From assembly GCA_003858585.1 (NCBI GenBank), contig RQZE01000004.1, positions 126,773 to 158,772 on the forward strand: a DNA stretch of 32,000 nt, written 5' to 3'. Each line of letters opens with the position of its first letter. Positions within the stretch are counted from its first letter, which is position 1. This DNA is from Erysipelotrichaceae bacterium OH741_COT-311 (GTDB lineage Bacteria > Bacillota_I > Bacilli_A > Erysipelotrichales > Erysipelotrichaceae). A program made the translations under genes and the position numbers. Shown piece after piece: positions 1-8,932 of the stretch. The notes beneath the pieces were generated by a model, which worked only from the letters and a program-made list of their open reading frames with translations, made no database searches and was not told the origin of the DNA.

Positions 1-482
1 TCAACGATGTCCATTAGCTCTTTCTTAGCTGCATCTTGATTCATATTCGCAACTTTTTCAAGAATTTGAATTTGACTATCAATTCTTGACTGTAATTCTA
101 CTTCCATTTTATTCAATAGTTCTTGTTTATCCTGAACCTTTTGAAGTCTATCATCCAATTTTTTCTCTTTTTGCATCATAGCTTCATCTCTAAAATTCAA
201 AGAATCTTCTCGTCTAGATAGTTTGTTTTCAATTTCTAAAACTTCACTACGGCGTTCTTTGATTTCTTTTTCCGCCTGTAGCTTCATTTCATACGCTTGT
301 GTTTTACCATCTAATATTGCTTGTTTAATCGTATTTTTTGCTTTTAGTTCTGATTCTTCAATAATCATTTTAGCTCTTTGTTTATTACGACTTAATCCTA
401 ACTTCTCAAGTAAAAACATAATAAACAATCCAATAATGATTCCAATCACTATACAAATGGAAGCAATTAAAAATTTATCCAT
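1..482 (-). CDS. rny: Ribonuclease Y, N-terminal part (gene continues beyond the left edge)
   Basis: Not in the ORF track because there is no stop in the window. Minus-strand ATG at 482-480, with AGGGAGG (489-495) 6 nt upstream. The translation MDKFLIASICIVIGIIIGLFIMFLLEKLGLSRNKQRAKMIIEESELKAKN... gives one N-terminal TM helix followed by a long K/E/Q-rich coiled coil, which is the RNase Y N-terminal architecture. It lies downstream of recA, as in Bacillus. Confidence 0.8.
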   Translation of the reverse strand, partial: MDKFLIASICIVIGIIIGLFIMFLLEKLGLSRNKQRAKMIIEESELKAKNTIKQAILDGKTQAYEMKLQAEKEIKERRSEVLEIENKLSRREDSLNFRDEAMMQKEKKLDDRLQKVQDKQELLNKMEVELQSRIDSQIQILEKVANMNQDAAKKELMDIV

Positions 483-531
483 TTTAATCCTCCCTATTCA
501 TAAATCCATTGAGAATAATGTTCTCTTGTCT

Positions 532-560
532 ATTTTATAATATTTCAAGCAATTTCACAA
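532..560 (-). promoter_or_regulatory. Candidate sigma-A promoter for rny (TTGTGA-17-TAAAAT)
   Basis: On the minus strand, TTGTGA (560-555), a 17-nt spacer, then TAAAAT (537-532). It sits between the recA terminator and the rny RBS. Called on sequence pattern only. Confidence 0.3.
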
Positions 561-589
561 CAAAAAAACAGATAAGAATACCTATCTGT
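561..589 (-). terminator. Rho-independent terminator after recA
   Basis: On the minus strand, ACAGATA-ggtattc-TATCTGT follows the recA TAA immediately and is followed by a T7 run. Confidence 0.65.
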
Positions 590-1582
590 TTAAGAATTTG
601 TCAATTTTTCTTTGATTCTATTTGTGATTTCTTCATCAAGATGTGGGTTTGCAATTAAATAGGAACGAACAGCATCCCTACCTTGACCAATCTTTTCACC
701 ATTATAAGAAAACCAAGCACCTGCTTTATTAATAATATCAAAATCAACACCCAGAGAAATAATCTCTGAAAGATGACTAATACCTTCACCATACATAATT
801 TCAATGCTAGCGGTTTTAAATGGTGGAGCCACTTTATTCTTCACCACTTTCACGTTCACTTTATTTCCTACAATGTCCGTACCATTTTTAATCACTTCAC
901 TACGGCGTACATCTAAACGAATTGATGAATAAAACTTCAAGGCACGCCCACCCGGTGTTGTTTCTGGTGAGCCAAACATAATCCCGACTTTTTCACGAAG
1001 TTGATTAATAAAAATAGCTGTACATTCACTGCGATTCATAACCCCAGCTAATTTACGCATTGCCTTTGACATTAAACGAGCTTGTAAACCAATCGTAGAG
1101 TCTGACATTTCCCCATCCAATTCCGCTTGAGGAACCAAAGCTGCAACCGAATCGATCACCACTAAGTCAATTGCACCGCTGCGTATTAGTAATTCACAAA
1201 TCTCTAACGCCTGCTCTCCAGAATCTGGTTGCGATAAAATAAGTTCATCAATATTTACCCCTAAATTTTTAGCATACATGGGATCAATCGCATTTTCAGC
1301 ATCAATGAACGCTGCACGACCACCTGCTTTTTGACATTGAGCAATCGCATGTAACGCTAAGGTTGTTTTCCCACTTGATTCAGGTCCAAAAATTTCAATA
1401 ATACGTCCTTTGGGATATCCACCAATCCCTAATGCCAAATCAATCGCAATAGAACCTGTACTAATCACATCCACATCTACATTAGCACGGTCTCCTAATT
1501 TCATAATGGAACCTTTTCCATACTGTTTTTCAATCTGTTTTAATGTTTCTTGTAATAAAGTCTCTTTATTTTTATCGCTCAT
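590..1582 (-). CDS. recA: Recombinase RecA
   Basis: Walker [17 protein letters not shown]-like FIDAENA, and the L2 region [35 protein letters not shown]. Length is typical and there is a GGAGG RBS. Confidence 0.98.
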   Translation of the reverse strand: MSDKNKETLLQETLKQIEKQYGKGSIMKLGDRANVDVDVISTGSIAIDLALGIGGYPKGRIIEIFGPESSGKTTLALHAIAQCQKAGGRAAFIDAENAIDPMYAKNLGVNIDELILSQPDSGEQALEICELLIRSGAIDLVVIDSVAALVPQAELDGEMSDSTIGLQARLMSKAMRKLAGVMNRSECTAIFINQLREKVGIMFGSPETTPGGRALKFYSSIRLDVRRSEVIKNGTDIVGNKVNVKVVKNKVAPPFKTASIEIMYGEGISHLSEIISLGVDFDIINKAGAWFSYNGEKIGQGRDAVRSYLIANPHLDEEITNRIKEKLTNS

Positions 1583-1623
1583 AAGTCCTCCTAACTTATT
1601 CTAGGTTCTCTTGTACAAAAATC

Positions 1624-2217
1624 CTACTTACTTTCAAAAATAAATTCTTTCATTTGAATAAAATAAGATACACCACTAGCAATGCTGACAAACGTTGCAA
1701 ACCATAAAGCAAAATCACTCATCGCAATTTTATATAATTCAAATGGCAAATTGTTCAATAAAATCAATACAATCGCAACCATTTGCGCAACGGTTTTAAT
1801 CTTACCTAAGTATCCAGCAGCAACAACTACTCCATTCTTACTTGCAATCATACGAATACCATCTACAATGGTATCTCTTAAAATCATCAAAATAACCGGA
1901 ACAACAGGAATAATGTTGTCACTAGCAAATAAAATAAACATTGTGTTCACTAATAATTTATCCGCAATTGGATCTGCAAATTTACCAAACGTTGTAATCA
2001 AATTATGTTTTCTAGCAATCATTCCATCAAAATAATCTGTAATGGCGGCTAGTAAAAAAATAAATAAACAAATTAAGTTTAACAATGATAACGATACCCA
2101 TCCAAACTGTAATTGCATCACCGGAATATTAAAATACGCATAAGGAAAAATGCGTATAAAAACAATCAGTGGAACCAAAATAATTCGAAATAATGTTAAC
2201 TTATTTGGTAAATTCAT
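1624..2217 (-). CDS. pgsA: CDP-diacylglycerol-glycerol-3-phosphate 3-phosphatidyltransferase
   Basis: CDP-alcohol phosphatidyltransferase motif DYFDGMIARKHNLITTFGKFADPIADK in a multi-TM protein. I prefer the internal start MNLPNKLTLFRI (ATG 2217-2215), which follows GGAGAG, over the longer track ORF. Neighbourhood is rodZ-pgsA-recA, as in Bacillus. Confidence 0.9.
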   Translation of the reverse strand: MNLPNKLTLFRIILVPLIVFIRIFPYAYFNIPVMQLQFGWVSLSLLNLICLFIFLLAAITDYFDGMIARKHNLITTFGKFADPIADKLLVNTMFILFASDNIIPVVPVILMILRDTIVDGIRMIASKNGVVVAAGYLGKIKTVAQMVAIVLILLNNLPFELYKIAMSDFALWFATFVSIASGVSYFIQMKEFIFESK

Positions 2218-2218
2218 T

Positions 2219-3094
2219 TTACTCTCCTTTAAATACAAAGTGAATTTGTTGGCCTTTAGTAATTTCTGCTGTAGAAGCATCTAACGTGACTAATTGACCA
2301 TTAATATAAATCTTATTGGTTTTTACAAGACCTAAGTGAATGGTTACTTTTAAATCATCACTAGCATTTACAATGACTTCCATATGCTGACCAGGCTCAT
2401 ATGTTTGTGCTTTGGGGTTTTCACTTACGACATCATTAATTAAAACACGTGCCCATGTTTGTGAACCATAGTCAACACCGATAATCACTTCTTGATTAAC
2501 GTCATATCCTTTAATTTGATATACAATTGGTGTTTCTTGTTGAATGATCAATTCTTGTTTTAAGGGTTCTGTTGTTGTTTCATTTGATTCACTTAATGTT
2601 GTTGACGTGGTTGGAATACTACTTTCTGAAATAACTCCATCTTTTTTACCCTCAAGTAACTTCGGAATTACCACACTACCGGCATAAAGAACTAACATGC
2701 TCATTAGCACAATAACTGTCAGCAATGATACTAAAGAATAATCAATTTTTCTCTTTTCAAGACGAACGGTTGTTGTATTCGCTTGAACACGTTTTTTGAC
2801 ATTTTCATGAATCAATTCTTCTTCTTTAATTTTATTTAACGCAACCGTATGATTATAACCATCAATCGCCGTGTTTAACTCATCTTTATAGGGTTCAAAA
2901 TCAATGTTCAATGTTTGACAATAAAAACGCACAAAATAACGGACATATGAAATATCATTTTTAAAATATTCAATATCGCCGTTTTCAATTGCTTCAAGAT
3001 TTCTTGTACTTATTTTTGTTTTAAAGCTAATGTCTTCTAAACTAAAACCTAGCTCTTCTCTTCTTTCTTTTAAAATTGAACCAATATGTTTCAT
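2219..3094 (-). CDS. rodZ: RodZ-like cytoskeleton protein (N-terminal XRE-type HTH, one TM, C-terminal beta-rich domain)
   Basis: N-terminus ...SLEDISFKTKISTRNLEAIENGDIEYF...YVRYFVRFY resembles RodZ/YmfM. There is a central TM (LVSLLTVIVLMSMLVLYAGSVVI), a S/T-rich linker, and a C-terminal DUF4115-like segment. The start is taken at ATG 3094, after GAGGTG. Position upstream of pgsA matches Bacillus ymfM. Confidence 0.7.
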   Translation of the reverse strand: MKHIGSILKERREELGFSLEDISFKTKISTRNLEAIENGDIEYFKNDISYVRYFVRFYCQTLNIDFEPYKDELNTAIDGYNHTVALNKIKEEELIHENVKKRVQANTTTVRLEKRKIDYSLVSLLTVIVLMSMLVLYAGSVVIPKLLEGKKDGVISESSIPTTSTTLSESNETTTEPLKQELIIQQETPIVYQIKGYDVNQEVIIGVDYGSQTWARVLINDVVSENPKAQTYEPGQHMEVIVNASDDLKVTIHLGLVKTNKIYINGQLVTLDASTAEITKGQQIHFVFKGE

Positions 3095-3156
3095 TTGACA
3101 CCTCATAGGACATTATAACATATTTTATTAATAATAACGTATATTATAAACGAATT

Positions 3157-3185
3157 TAAAAAATAAAAGAGCATATTGCTCTTTT
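3157..3185 (-). terminator. Rho-independent terminator after rnpB
   Basis: On the minus strand, AAAAGAGCA-ata-TGCTCTTTT is followed by ATTTTTT. Confidence 0.7.
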
Positions 3186-3187
3186 AT

Positions 3188-3540
3188 GAAATAACACTTT
3201 ATAAGCCATGTTCTGTACCACGAAGGTGGCAATCATTTATCTACACATTGCTGTGTCCTAAACTATTTTCATTTCAATATTTTAAGTTCCCCTACCAAAT
3301 TTGGGTTTCTCGCTTGTGGGGTTTATCACGTTCCACATCACCAGTTTCCTAGTTAATCGTCTCTTTGACACTTTTATAGCAGTTTTTCATAGTTATAAAA
3401 CCTTAGAATCACTTGCAGCCATCAGGTTACCCTGTCTAACCTTATTTTTTAAGTTAGCACAAACACTATAATCATCTCAGATTATGCGAGCATGGACTTT
3501 CCTCTAATAGATTACTATCAGCGATTGCCTAAGTGTTATT
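3188..3540 (-). ncRNA. rnpB: RNase P RNA, type B (Firmicutes type)
   Basis: The minus strand carries the universally conserved blocks AGAGGAAAGTCCATGCTCGCA (about 3514-3494), GTGGAACGTGATAAACCCCACAAGCGAGAAACCCAAATTTGGTAGGGGAAC, GTAGATAAATGATTGCCACC and ACAGAACATGGCTTA (about 3218-3204). These closely parallel the B. subtilis rnpB sequence as I recall it. The P1 helix is 5' ATAACACTT (3539-3531) paired with 3' AAGTGTTAT (3199-3191). Confidence 0.93.
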
Positions 3541-3862
3541 TTTTTAATTCTTTTATTTCCTGTTCTAGACGTGAAACACGTTTAATTAAATCAACAGAAC
3601 TAAAGTTATTACTTGCAGTGGCATATAAATCTTGCATCTTCTGTTTGCCTTCCATTTCAATAATGCGGGCTTTTAAATTTGCTTTTTCACTTTCTAACAG
3701 TGTAATTTTTTGCTCATACTCTGAAAGCATCTCTTTAAACACTTGATAGTCTTGTAAGACAAGGTCTAAAAATCCATCTACTTCACTTGCACTGTAACCT
3801 TTAAATTCAATATTAAACTCTTTATCTAATATGATTTGTTCATTTAAATTCAACTTATTCAT
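3536..3862 (-). CDS. gpsB: Cell-cycle / PBP1-shuttling protein GpsB (DivIVA-domain protein)
   Basis: The DivIVA N-terminal motif ILDKEFNIEFKGYSASEVDGFLDLVLQDY, a coiled coil, and the GpsB-type C-terminus NFSSVDLIKRVSRLEQEI. About 108 aa. The start could instead be ATG 3874 (4 codons longer). It is adjacent to rnpB and divergent from recU-ponA, as in Bacillus. Confidence 0.85.
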   Translation of the reverse strand: MNKLNLNEQIILDKEFNIEFKGYSASEVDGFLDLVLQDYQVFKEMLSEYEQKITLLESEKANLKARIIEMEGKQKMQDLYATASNNFSSVDLIKRVSRLEQEIKELKK

Positions 3863-3977
3863 TACCTTCACCATCCATTGCTATTTTCTCAAATATTTCG
3901 TGATTAATCAAGTAGATAATACGGATATATATTTTTATTCAATTAATTATTTGTTATAATAATGAAGGTGATTTTAT

Positions 3978-4568
3978 ATGATTCATTATCCTAAAGGGAT
4001 TAAGAAAACACAAACAATAAAATTAAAAGAATCATTTTCAAAACGAGGCATGATTCTTGAGGATGATATTAATATTACCAATCAATATTACTTAGATATG
4101 GACATCGCTAATATTCATAAAAAACCGACTCCCATTACCATTGTAAATGTTGATTATCCAAATCGTAGTAGTGCTAAAATAACAGAAGCGTATTTCAAAA
4201 CACCAAGCACTACCGATTACAATGGAATCTATCGTGGTAAAGCGATTGATTTTGAATGTAAAGAATGTAATTCTAAAACATCTTTTCCCTTTGCAAGCAT
4301 CCATATTCATCAAATTGAACATTTAAAAAGAGTCATCAAACATGGAGGCATTGGATTCATTATCATCCGTTTTAAATATTATCAAGAAGTCTATTTTATT
4401 CAAGCTGATAAATTCATTGAACAATACGATAACTATCCTAAAAAATCTTTACCATATCAATGGTTTCAAGCCAACGGACATTTAATTCCTTTTAGCTTAA
4501 CTCCACCCATTGATTATTTAAAAGTGATAGATGCTTTATATTTTAAGGAGACAACACATGAAAAATAA
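3978..4568 (+). CDS. recU: Holliday junction resolvase RecU
   Basis: Strong resemblance to B. subtilis RecU: RGMILEDDINITNQYY, IHKKPTPITIVNVDYP, TTDYNGIYRGKAIDFECKE, HQIEHLK. A TGtTATAAT extended -10 lies upstream, and ponA follows. Confidence 0.92.
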   Translation: MIHYPKGIKKTQTIKLKESFSKRGMILEDDINITNQYYLDMDIANIHKKPTPITIVNVDYPNRSSAKITEAYFKTPSTTDYNGIYRGKAIDFECKECNSKTSFPFASIHIHQIEHLKRVIKHGGIGFIIIRFKYYQEVYFIQADKFIEQYDNYPKKSLPYQWFQANGHLIPFSLTPPIDYLKVIDALYFKETTHEK

Positions 4569-7401
4569 ACGCAAACTAAACAAAGAAAATTTAATTGCAC
4601 TGATTATCGCAATTATCTTAGTTATGATGCTAATAGTATCAACTATTTCTGTCGGTCTTTTGGCTTCTATGTTAAAAGGAAAACCTAAAGTAACTATAGA
4701 TAAATTTGAAAGTAATCAATCAACACAAATCTTTGATGCCAATGGAGAGTTGATTGGTAGTGTAGGAAATCAAATTCGTACCAACGTTACATACGATAAA
4801 CTTCCTCAATCCCTAATTGATGCCTTAGTCTCTATTGAAGACTCACGCTATTTCAGTCACAATGGTTTCGATATTGCACGTTTTACAAAATCAGCCTTAA
4901 ATAACATTAAATCTATGTCATTTTCACAAGGTGGATCAACCCTAACGATGCAATTAATTAAAAATACTTACTTCGTGGATGATGAAGCTGGATTATCCGC
5001 TCAAAAGAAAATATCTCGAAAGCTACAAGAAATATTTATGTCTTTTGATGTCAATAAAATTTTAAGCAAAGAGCGTGCGATTGAATTGTATTTAAATAAA
5101 TTAAATTTTGGTGGTAGTGGTAATATTCGCGGAATACAAACAGCTGCACAATATTATTTTGGTAAAGATGTTCAGGAATTAACACTTCCTGAAAGTGCAA
5201 TGCTTGTTGGTATTGTAAACTCACCAAAATATTACAATCCATTTCGATATTTAGATTATGCAACAGAACGACGTGATACCGTGTTAAACTTAATGCATCA
5301 TCACGGTTATATTACAAAAAAAGAACTCACTTTAGCAAAAAGTGTAAAAGTAGAAGACTTGCTTGTTAAAGATGGAAATAAATCCTTTGGCAACTTAAAT
5401 CAATACCAAGCTTATATTGATACCGTTGTTGAAGAAGCTAAAAATCTAACCGGTTTAGATCCATATTCAACACCCATGAAAATTTATACTTATATGGATC
5501 AACCTGTACAAAAAGTAATAGACAATATTCAAGCCGGAAATGTAGATGGATACTTCGAATATCCGGATGAGTTGGTTGAAATTGCAGTAGTATCTATGAA
5601 TAACAGTAACGGACAAATCAATGCAGTTGGTGGTGGTCGCAACTATGCAAGTGGTGGTAGTTTACTTTTAAATCACGCTACCGATCAATATAAACAGCCT
5701 GGATCAAGTGTAAAACCATTCTTATCTTATGCTTTAGCCTTTGAGATTTTAGGTTGGAATACAAACCATGTTATAGTCGATCGTCCTTATGTATATCGTG
5801 GCACAAGTAAAGTGATAAAAAACTATTCCGGTCGTTATGCCGGAGATGTCATCTTAAAAGATGCGGTTGGTCAATCTTTAAACATCCCTGCCATTGTAAC
5901 CTTACAAGAAGTAATTGATAATGTAGGAAGTAAACATGTAGTTTCTTACTTGCAAAATTTAGGTTTTTCAAAAGTAACACGAGAAAACTTTGACTTAGGG
6001 TTCTCTATTGGTGGTTCTAATTTTGAAGCTAACGCTGTAGAACTTGCCGGAGCTCATGCTACCATGATCAATGCAGGTGACTATATCAAACCTCATACTA
6101 TTTCTAAAATCGAATTTTTAGATGGTAGTGAACCAATTGAAGCAAAATATACACCAGTAAATGTTTTATCTAAGGAAGCAGCGTACATTGTAAGTGATTT
6201 AATGTACAATAACGTTTATGGTCCTTATACAAATTACATGAGCATTTTACGAAGAGATTATCCTGTTTATGCCAAAACAGGAACAACGGACTGGGGTAAT
6301 GAAGGTTTAGATTACGGCATTCCTCAAGGAGCTGCCAAAGACCAATGGCTCATTGCTTCTACAAGTAAATATACCGTATCTGTATGGGTTGGTTATGAAA
6401 AAGCCATTAAAGATAAAGATACCTATTTTACAGTAGCGAAAGAACGCCTAAATACTCGTGGAAAGATTGCTAAACTTGTACTGGATGCTAATGAAATGCA
6501 TGGTATTCCTGAAGGCATTCATAAGCCGGATGGAGTTATCCAACTCAAACACATTTTAGGAACTTATCCTTATGCCTCTCCGATTGAAGGTATGGATGAA
6601 AAATTTGTTGTAACAAGTTTAATAAAAAAAGACTTTGCAAATCTTGTAGATCCACAAAGTGCTTCAGTAGAACAATTAAGCAACCTAGATGTTACACTAG
6701 ATGCTACAGGAAATGTACAAATTAAATTCCCTGTATATCCAGATGCATCGAAATTAGAAATTGCTCCCGAACATAAAGATATTTCTTTAAATGAAGGAGG
6801 TAAATACGTTGAAGCTTACGGAAAACGTATCTTTGATTGGACATGGGTTTATGGTCGCATTTTATACAAAGGAAAAATTACAATCAACAATAATGTTGTG
6901 CATGAATTCAATTCAGAAAGTGAAACGTATAATTCTACAATCGCTCTACAACCCGGACAATTAATCAATGTGTGTGGTTATTATGGTTATGGTAATTTAG
7001 AAGTAAACAGCAATCAAGTTTGTCGTGAATTTACAATCGAAGATAAAGACATTACCTTTACAGTCCCCAATAACAAAGCCACACGTACTGATATTGAAAC
7101 ATTTGCACAAACGTATGGTATTACAACAACCTTCACTGAAGTGATCGATGCAAGTAAAAAAGATAGCAACGAAATTTATAATTCAGGTGTGTTGGTCAAT
7201 GGACAAACACTCACACTAAAACAATCAGAATTACCACGTTTAATACTAACCGTCTACATCTATAAAGCACCGGCGTGTGGTGAAAACGCTGAGTTGGTAA
7301 ATGGTGTCTGTACATGTTTGGTTGGTTATGAAGGTGATCCAAAAGTTGGATGTAAACTAAAAACATTACAACCAGATTCATCAACACCAAGCAATCCATA
7401 A
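4558..7401 (+). CDS. ponA: Bifunctional class A penicillin-binding protein (PBP1A-type glycosyltransferase/transpeptidase) with a long C-terminal extension
   Basis: N-terminal TM. GT51 motifs EDSRYFSHNGFD, GGSTLTMQL and RKLQE. Transpeptidase motifs SSVK (SxxK), SLN (SxN) and KTGT. The start is taken at ATG 4558, 7 nt after AAGGAG, which overlaps the recU end by 11 nt. About 300 aa follow the KTG box. Confidence 0.9.
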   Translation: MKNKRKLNKENLIALIIAIILVMMLIVSTISVGLLASMLKGKPKVTIDKFESNQSTQIFDANGELIGSVGNQIRTNVTYDKLPQSLIDALVSIEDSRYFSHNGFDIARFTKSALNNIKSMSFSQGGSTLTMQLIKNTYFVDDEAGLSAQKKISRKLQEIFMSFDVNKILSKERAIELYLNKLNFGGSGNIRGIQTAAQYYFGKDVQELTLPESAMLVGIVNSPKYYNPFRYLDYATERRDTVLNLMHHHGYITKKELTLAKSVKVEDLLVKDGNKSFGNLNQYQAYIDTVVEEAKNLTGLDPYSTPMKIYTYMDQPVQKVIDNIQAGNVDGYFEYPDELVEIAVVSMNNSNGQINAVGGGRNYASGGSLLLNHATDQYKQPGSSVKPFLSYALAFEILGWNTNHVIVDRPYVYRGTSKVIKNYSGRYAGDVILKDAVGQSLNIPAIVTLQEVIDNVGSKHVVSYLQNLGFSKVTRENFDLGFSIGGSNFEANAVELAGAHATMINAGDYIKPHTISKIEFLDGSEPIEAKYTPVNVLSKEAAYIVSDLMYNNVYGPYTNYMSILRRDYPVYAKTGTTDWGNEGLDYGIPQGAAKDQWLIASTSKYTVSVWVGYEKAIKDKDTYFTVAKERLNTRGKIAKLVLDANEMHGIPEGIHKPDGVIQLKHILGTYPYASPIEGMDEKFVVTSLIKKDFANLVDPQSASVEQLSNLDVTLDATGNVQIKFPVYPDASKLEIAPEHKDISLNEGGKYVEAYGKRIFDWTWVYGRILYKGKITINNNVVHEFNSESETYNSTIALQPGQLINVCGYYGYGNLEVNSNQVCREFTIEDKDITFTVPNNKATRTDIETFAQTYGITTTFTEVIDASKKDSNEIYNSGVLVNGQTLTLKQSELPRLILTVYIYKAPACGENAELVNGVCTCLVGYEGDPKVGCKLKTLQPDSSTPSNP

Positions 7402-7402
7402 A

Positions 7403-7435
7403 AAAAGTTCTAGAATATTCTAGAACTTTTTATTT
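7403..7435 (+). terminator. Rho-independent terminator after ponA
   Basis: AGTTCTAGAA-tatt-CTAGAACT followed by TTTTATTT. Confidence 0.75.
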
Positions 7436-7461
7436 ATGTTATAAAAAGATTTGTATGATAA

Positions 7462-7486
7462 CTATAAAAGGTAGCTTAGCTACCCT
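7462..7486 (-). terminator. Rho-independent terminator after the GntR-ABC operon
   Basis: On the minus strand, GGGTAGC-taa-GCTACC followed by TTTTAT, 10 nt after the stop at 7496. Confidence 0.7.
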
Positions 7487-7495
7487 TTATTATAA

Positions 7496-8932
7496 TTATC
7501 GTAAAGATTTCAGCATATCTTTCGTTAATAATACTTCTTTATTTTCCCCTGAATCAGTATACTTTTGCCAGTACACCTTATAATCATAATCAATAAATAA
7601 CGCTAGCATTTTTAACTTATAATCTGAATAAGCAGCATAATTAAAAGTATGCAACTCGTTTCCATCACTATCTCGATAAACGACTTTCAATCTACCATTA
7701 AAATAAAAATTATCATCGTTATATTTTTTTAAATCATAATACGTATCTGTTTCTTTTAACATTAATTTTTGTAATTCATTAACTAATTTTCTATCTTTTA
7801 CGGTCACATCATAATCGTATCTTGATGGTGTTTTATAAGGATCTTCAATACGTATATATCCATCATTAAAATGGAAATTATAGTTCACAGTAAGATGATC
7901 ATAATTTTTAGGCATCATATAAGATAAATAAAATCCACGTGTACTTTTAATCACAACACCTAAAACATTAACCAATAGAAGCAAACTTAAATAAATCACA
8001 ATATATTTAGTTCTAAATTTAAGATCACGATGATGAATAAAGTTTGCTATAAGATATATGATGAATAAGATTGCTAACCCGAAAATCTTCATTTCATCTC
8101 CTAATCCAAATTCATACGTCGCAACCAACATAATAGATAAAGTACCGATTGGTATTAAAGTATGATACAACATACGGCTATTGCTTACTTGTCCTGCATC
8201 CTCAACATTACGATGTATAAAACTATATAAAGCATAGATATATGTTAACCCAATGATGGCAACTTGATAAATAAGATATATATAATCAATATTTGCGAAC
8301 TCTATTCCTAAAAAATTATAATCAAACGTATAATTAAATCCACTCATTAAGAAAATTAAGTATTTGGCATACTCTGCAAAATCAAATAACTCTCTAGCAT
8401 ATACATATCTACTTAAGAAAAACATAAATGCATAAAATAATATACCACCAATTACAGAATATACACCACTGCATATTAAAGCATCAATCAAACTATTGCT
8501 TTTCACTGTAATCAAAATATTAATACTTAATAAAGCAACTAAACCTACACTGGTGATTAATACAATAAATACTGCCGTTGGTAATAACTCAAAACGTCTT
8601 ACCATCAACATACCTATCACAACATTTAATAGATAAGGTCCAACTAGCTCAATCACACTTAATACATAAGTATGTGTAAACAATTGTTTTCTAGTAAGCG
8701 GTAAATTAAAGTATACATCTACACTATTACTTTTATACAAAAATTTATAATTTACTACCGGAAGAATGAATACAGCTACAGTAAGCATTACTGTATAAGC
8801 ATACAGTTGATAAAACGTATAGAACCCAAAGAGAAAGGAATTAAAAGGGAACACAATAAAACCAATAAACGTTAAAATTAAAAACATTCGTTTATTATTT
8901 TGTAATAAATAATTGAAATATCGTTTATTCAT
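7496..8932 (-). CDS. Polytopic membrane protein with a C-terminal soluble Y/D/K-rich domain; putative permease partner of the upstream ABC ATPase
   Basis: About 10 or more hydrophobic helices over the first ~330 aa, then a ~150 aa hydrophilic tail (..NYDHLTVNYNFHFNDGYIRIEDPYK...). The start ATG overlaps the ATPase stop (ATGAATAA). I recognised no family motif. Confidence 0.65.
   Translation of the reverse strand: MNKRYFNYLLQNNKRMFLILTFIGFIVFPFNSFLFGFYTFYQLYAYTVMLTVAVFILPVVNYKFLYKSNSVDVYFNLPLTRKQLFTHTYVLSVIELVGPYLLNVVIGMLMVRRFELLPTAVFIVLITSVGLVALLSINILITVKSNSLIDALICSGVYSVIGGILFYAFMFFLSRYVYARELFDFAEYAKYLIFLMSGFNYTFDYNFLGIEFANIDYIYLIYQVAIIGLTYIYALYSFIHRNVEDAGQVSNSRMLYHTLIPIGTLSIMLVATYEFGLGDEMKIFGLAILFIIYLIANFIHHRDLKFRTKYIVIYLSLLLLVNVLGVVIKSTRGFYLSYMMPKNYDHLTVNYNFHFNDGYIRIEDPYKTPSRYDYDVTVKDRKLVNELQKLMLKETDTYYDLKKYNDDNFYFNGRLKVVYRDSDGNELHTFNYAAYSDYKLKMLALFIDYDYKVYWQKYTDSGENKEVLLTKDMLKSLR

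Noticed and set aside
223-540. 105-aa plus-strand ORF (TTG start) from the track
   Set aside because: It is fully antisense to the well-supported rny N-terminus and RBS. Its composition is low-complexity and hydrophobic, typical of the antisense frame of a K/E-rich coiled-coil gene. It has no RBS.
1605-1616. Possible LexA/Cheo box GTTCTCTTGTAC upstream of recA
   Set aside because: It does not fit GAAC-N4-GTTC in either orientation. Only one half-site-like tetramer is present, in the wrong arrangement.
1410-2035. Plus-strand ORFs 1410-1604 and 1682-2035
   Set aside because: They are antisense to recA and pgsA, which have unambiguous family motifs. They are shadow ORFs.
3492-3746. 84-aa plus-strand ORF
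   Set aside because: It starts inside the RNase P RNA conserved GAGGAAAGTCC region on the opposite strand and runs antisense through gpsB. It has no motif and no RBS.
4092-7399. Minus-strand ORFs 4092-4322, 5051-5263 and 7211-7399
   Set aside because: They are antisense shadow ORFs inside recU and ponA.
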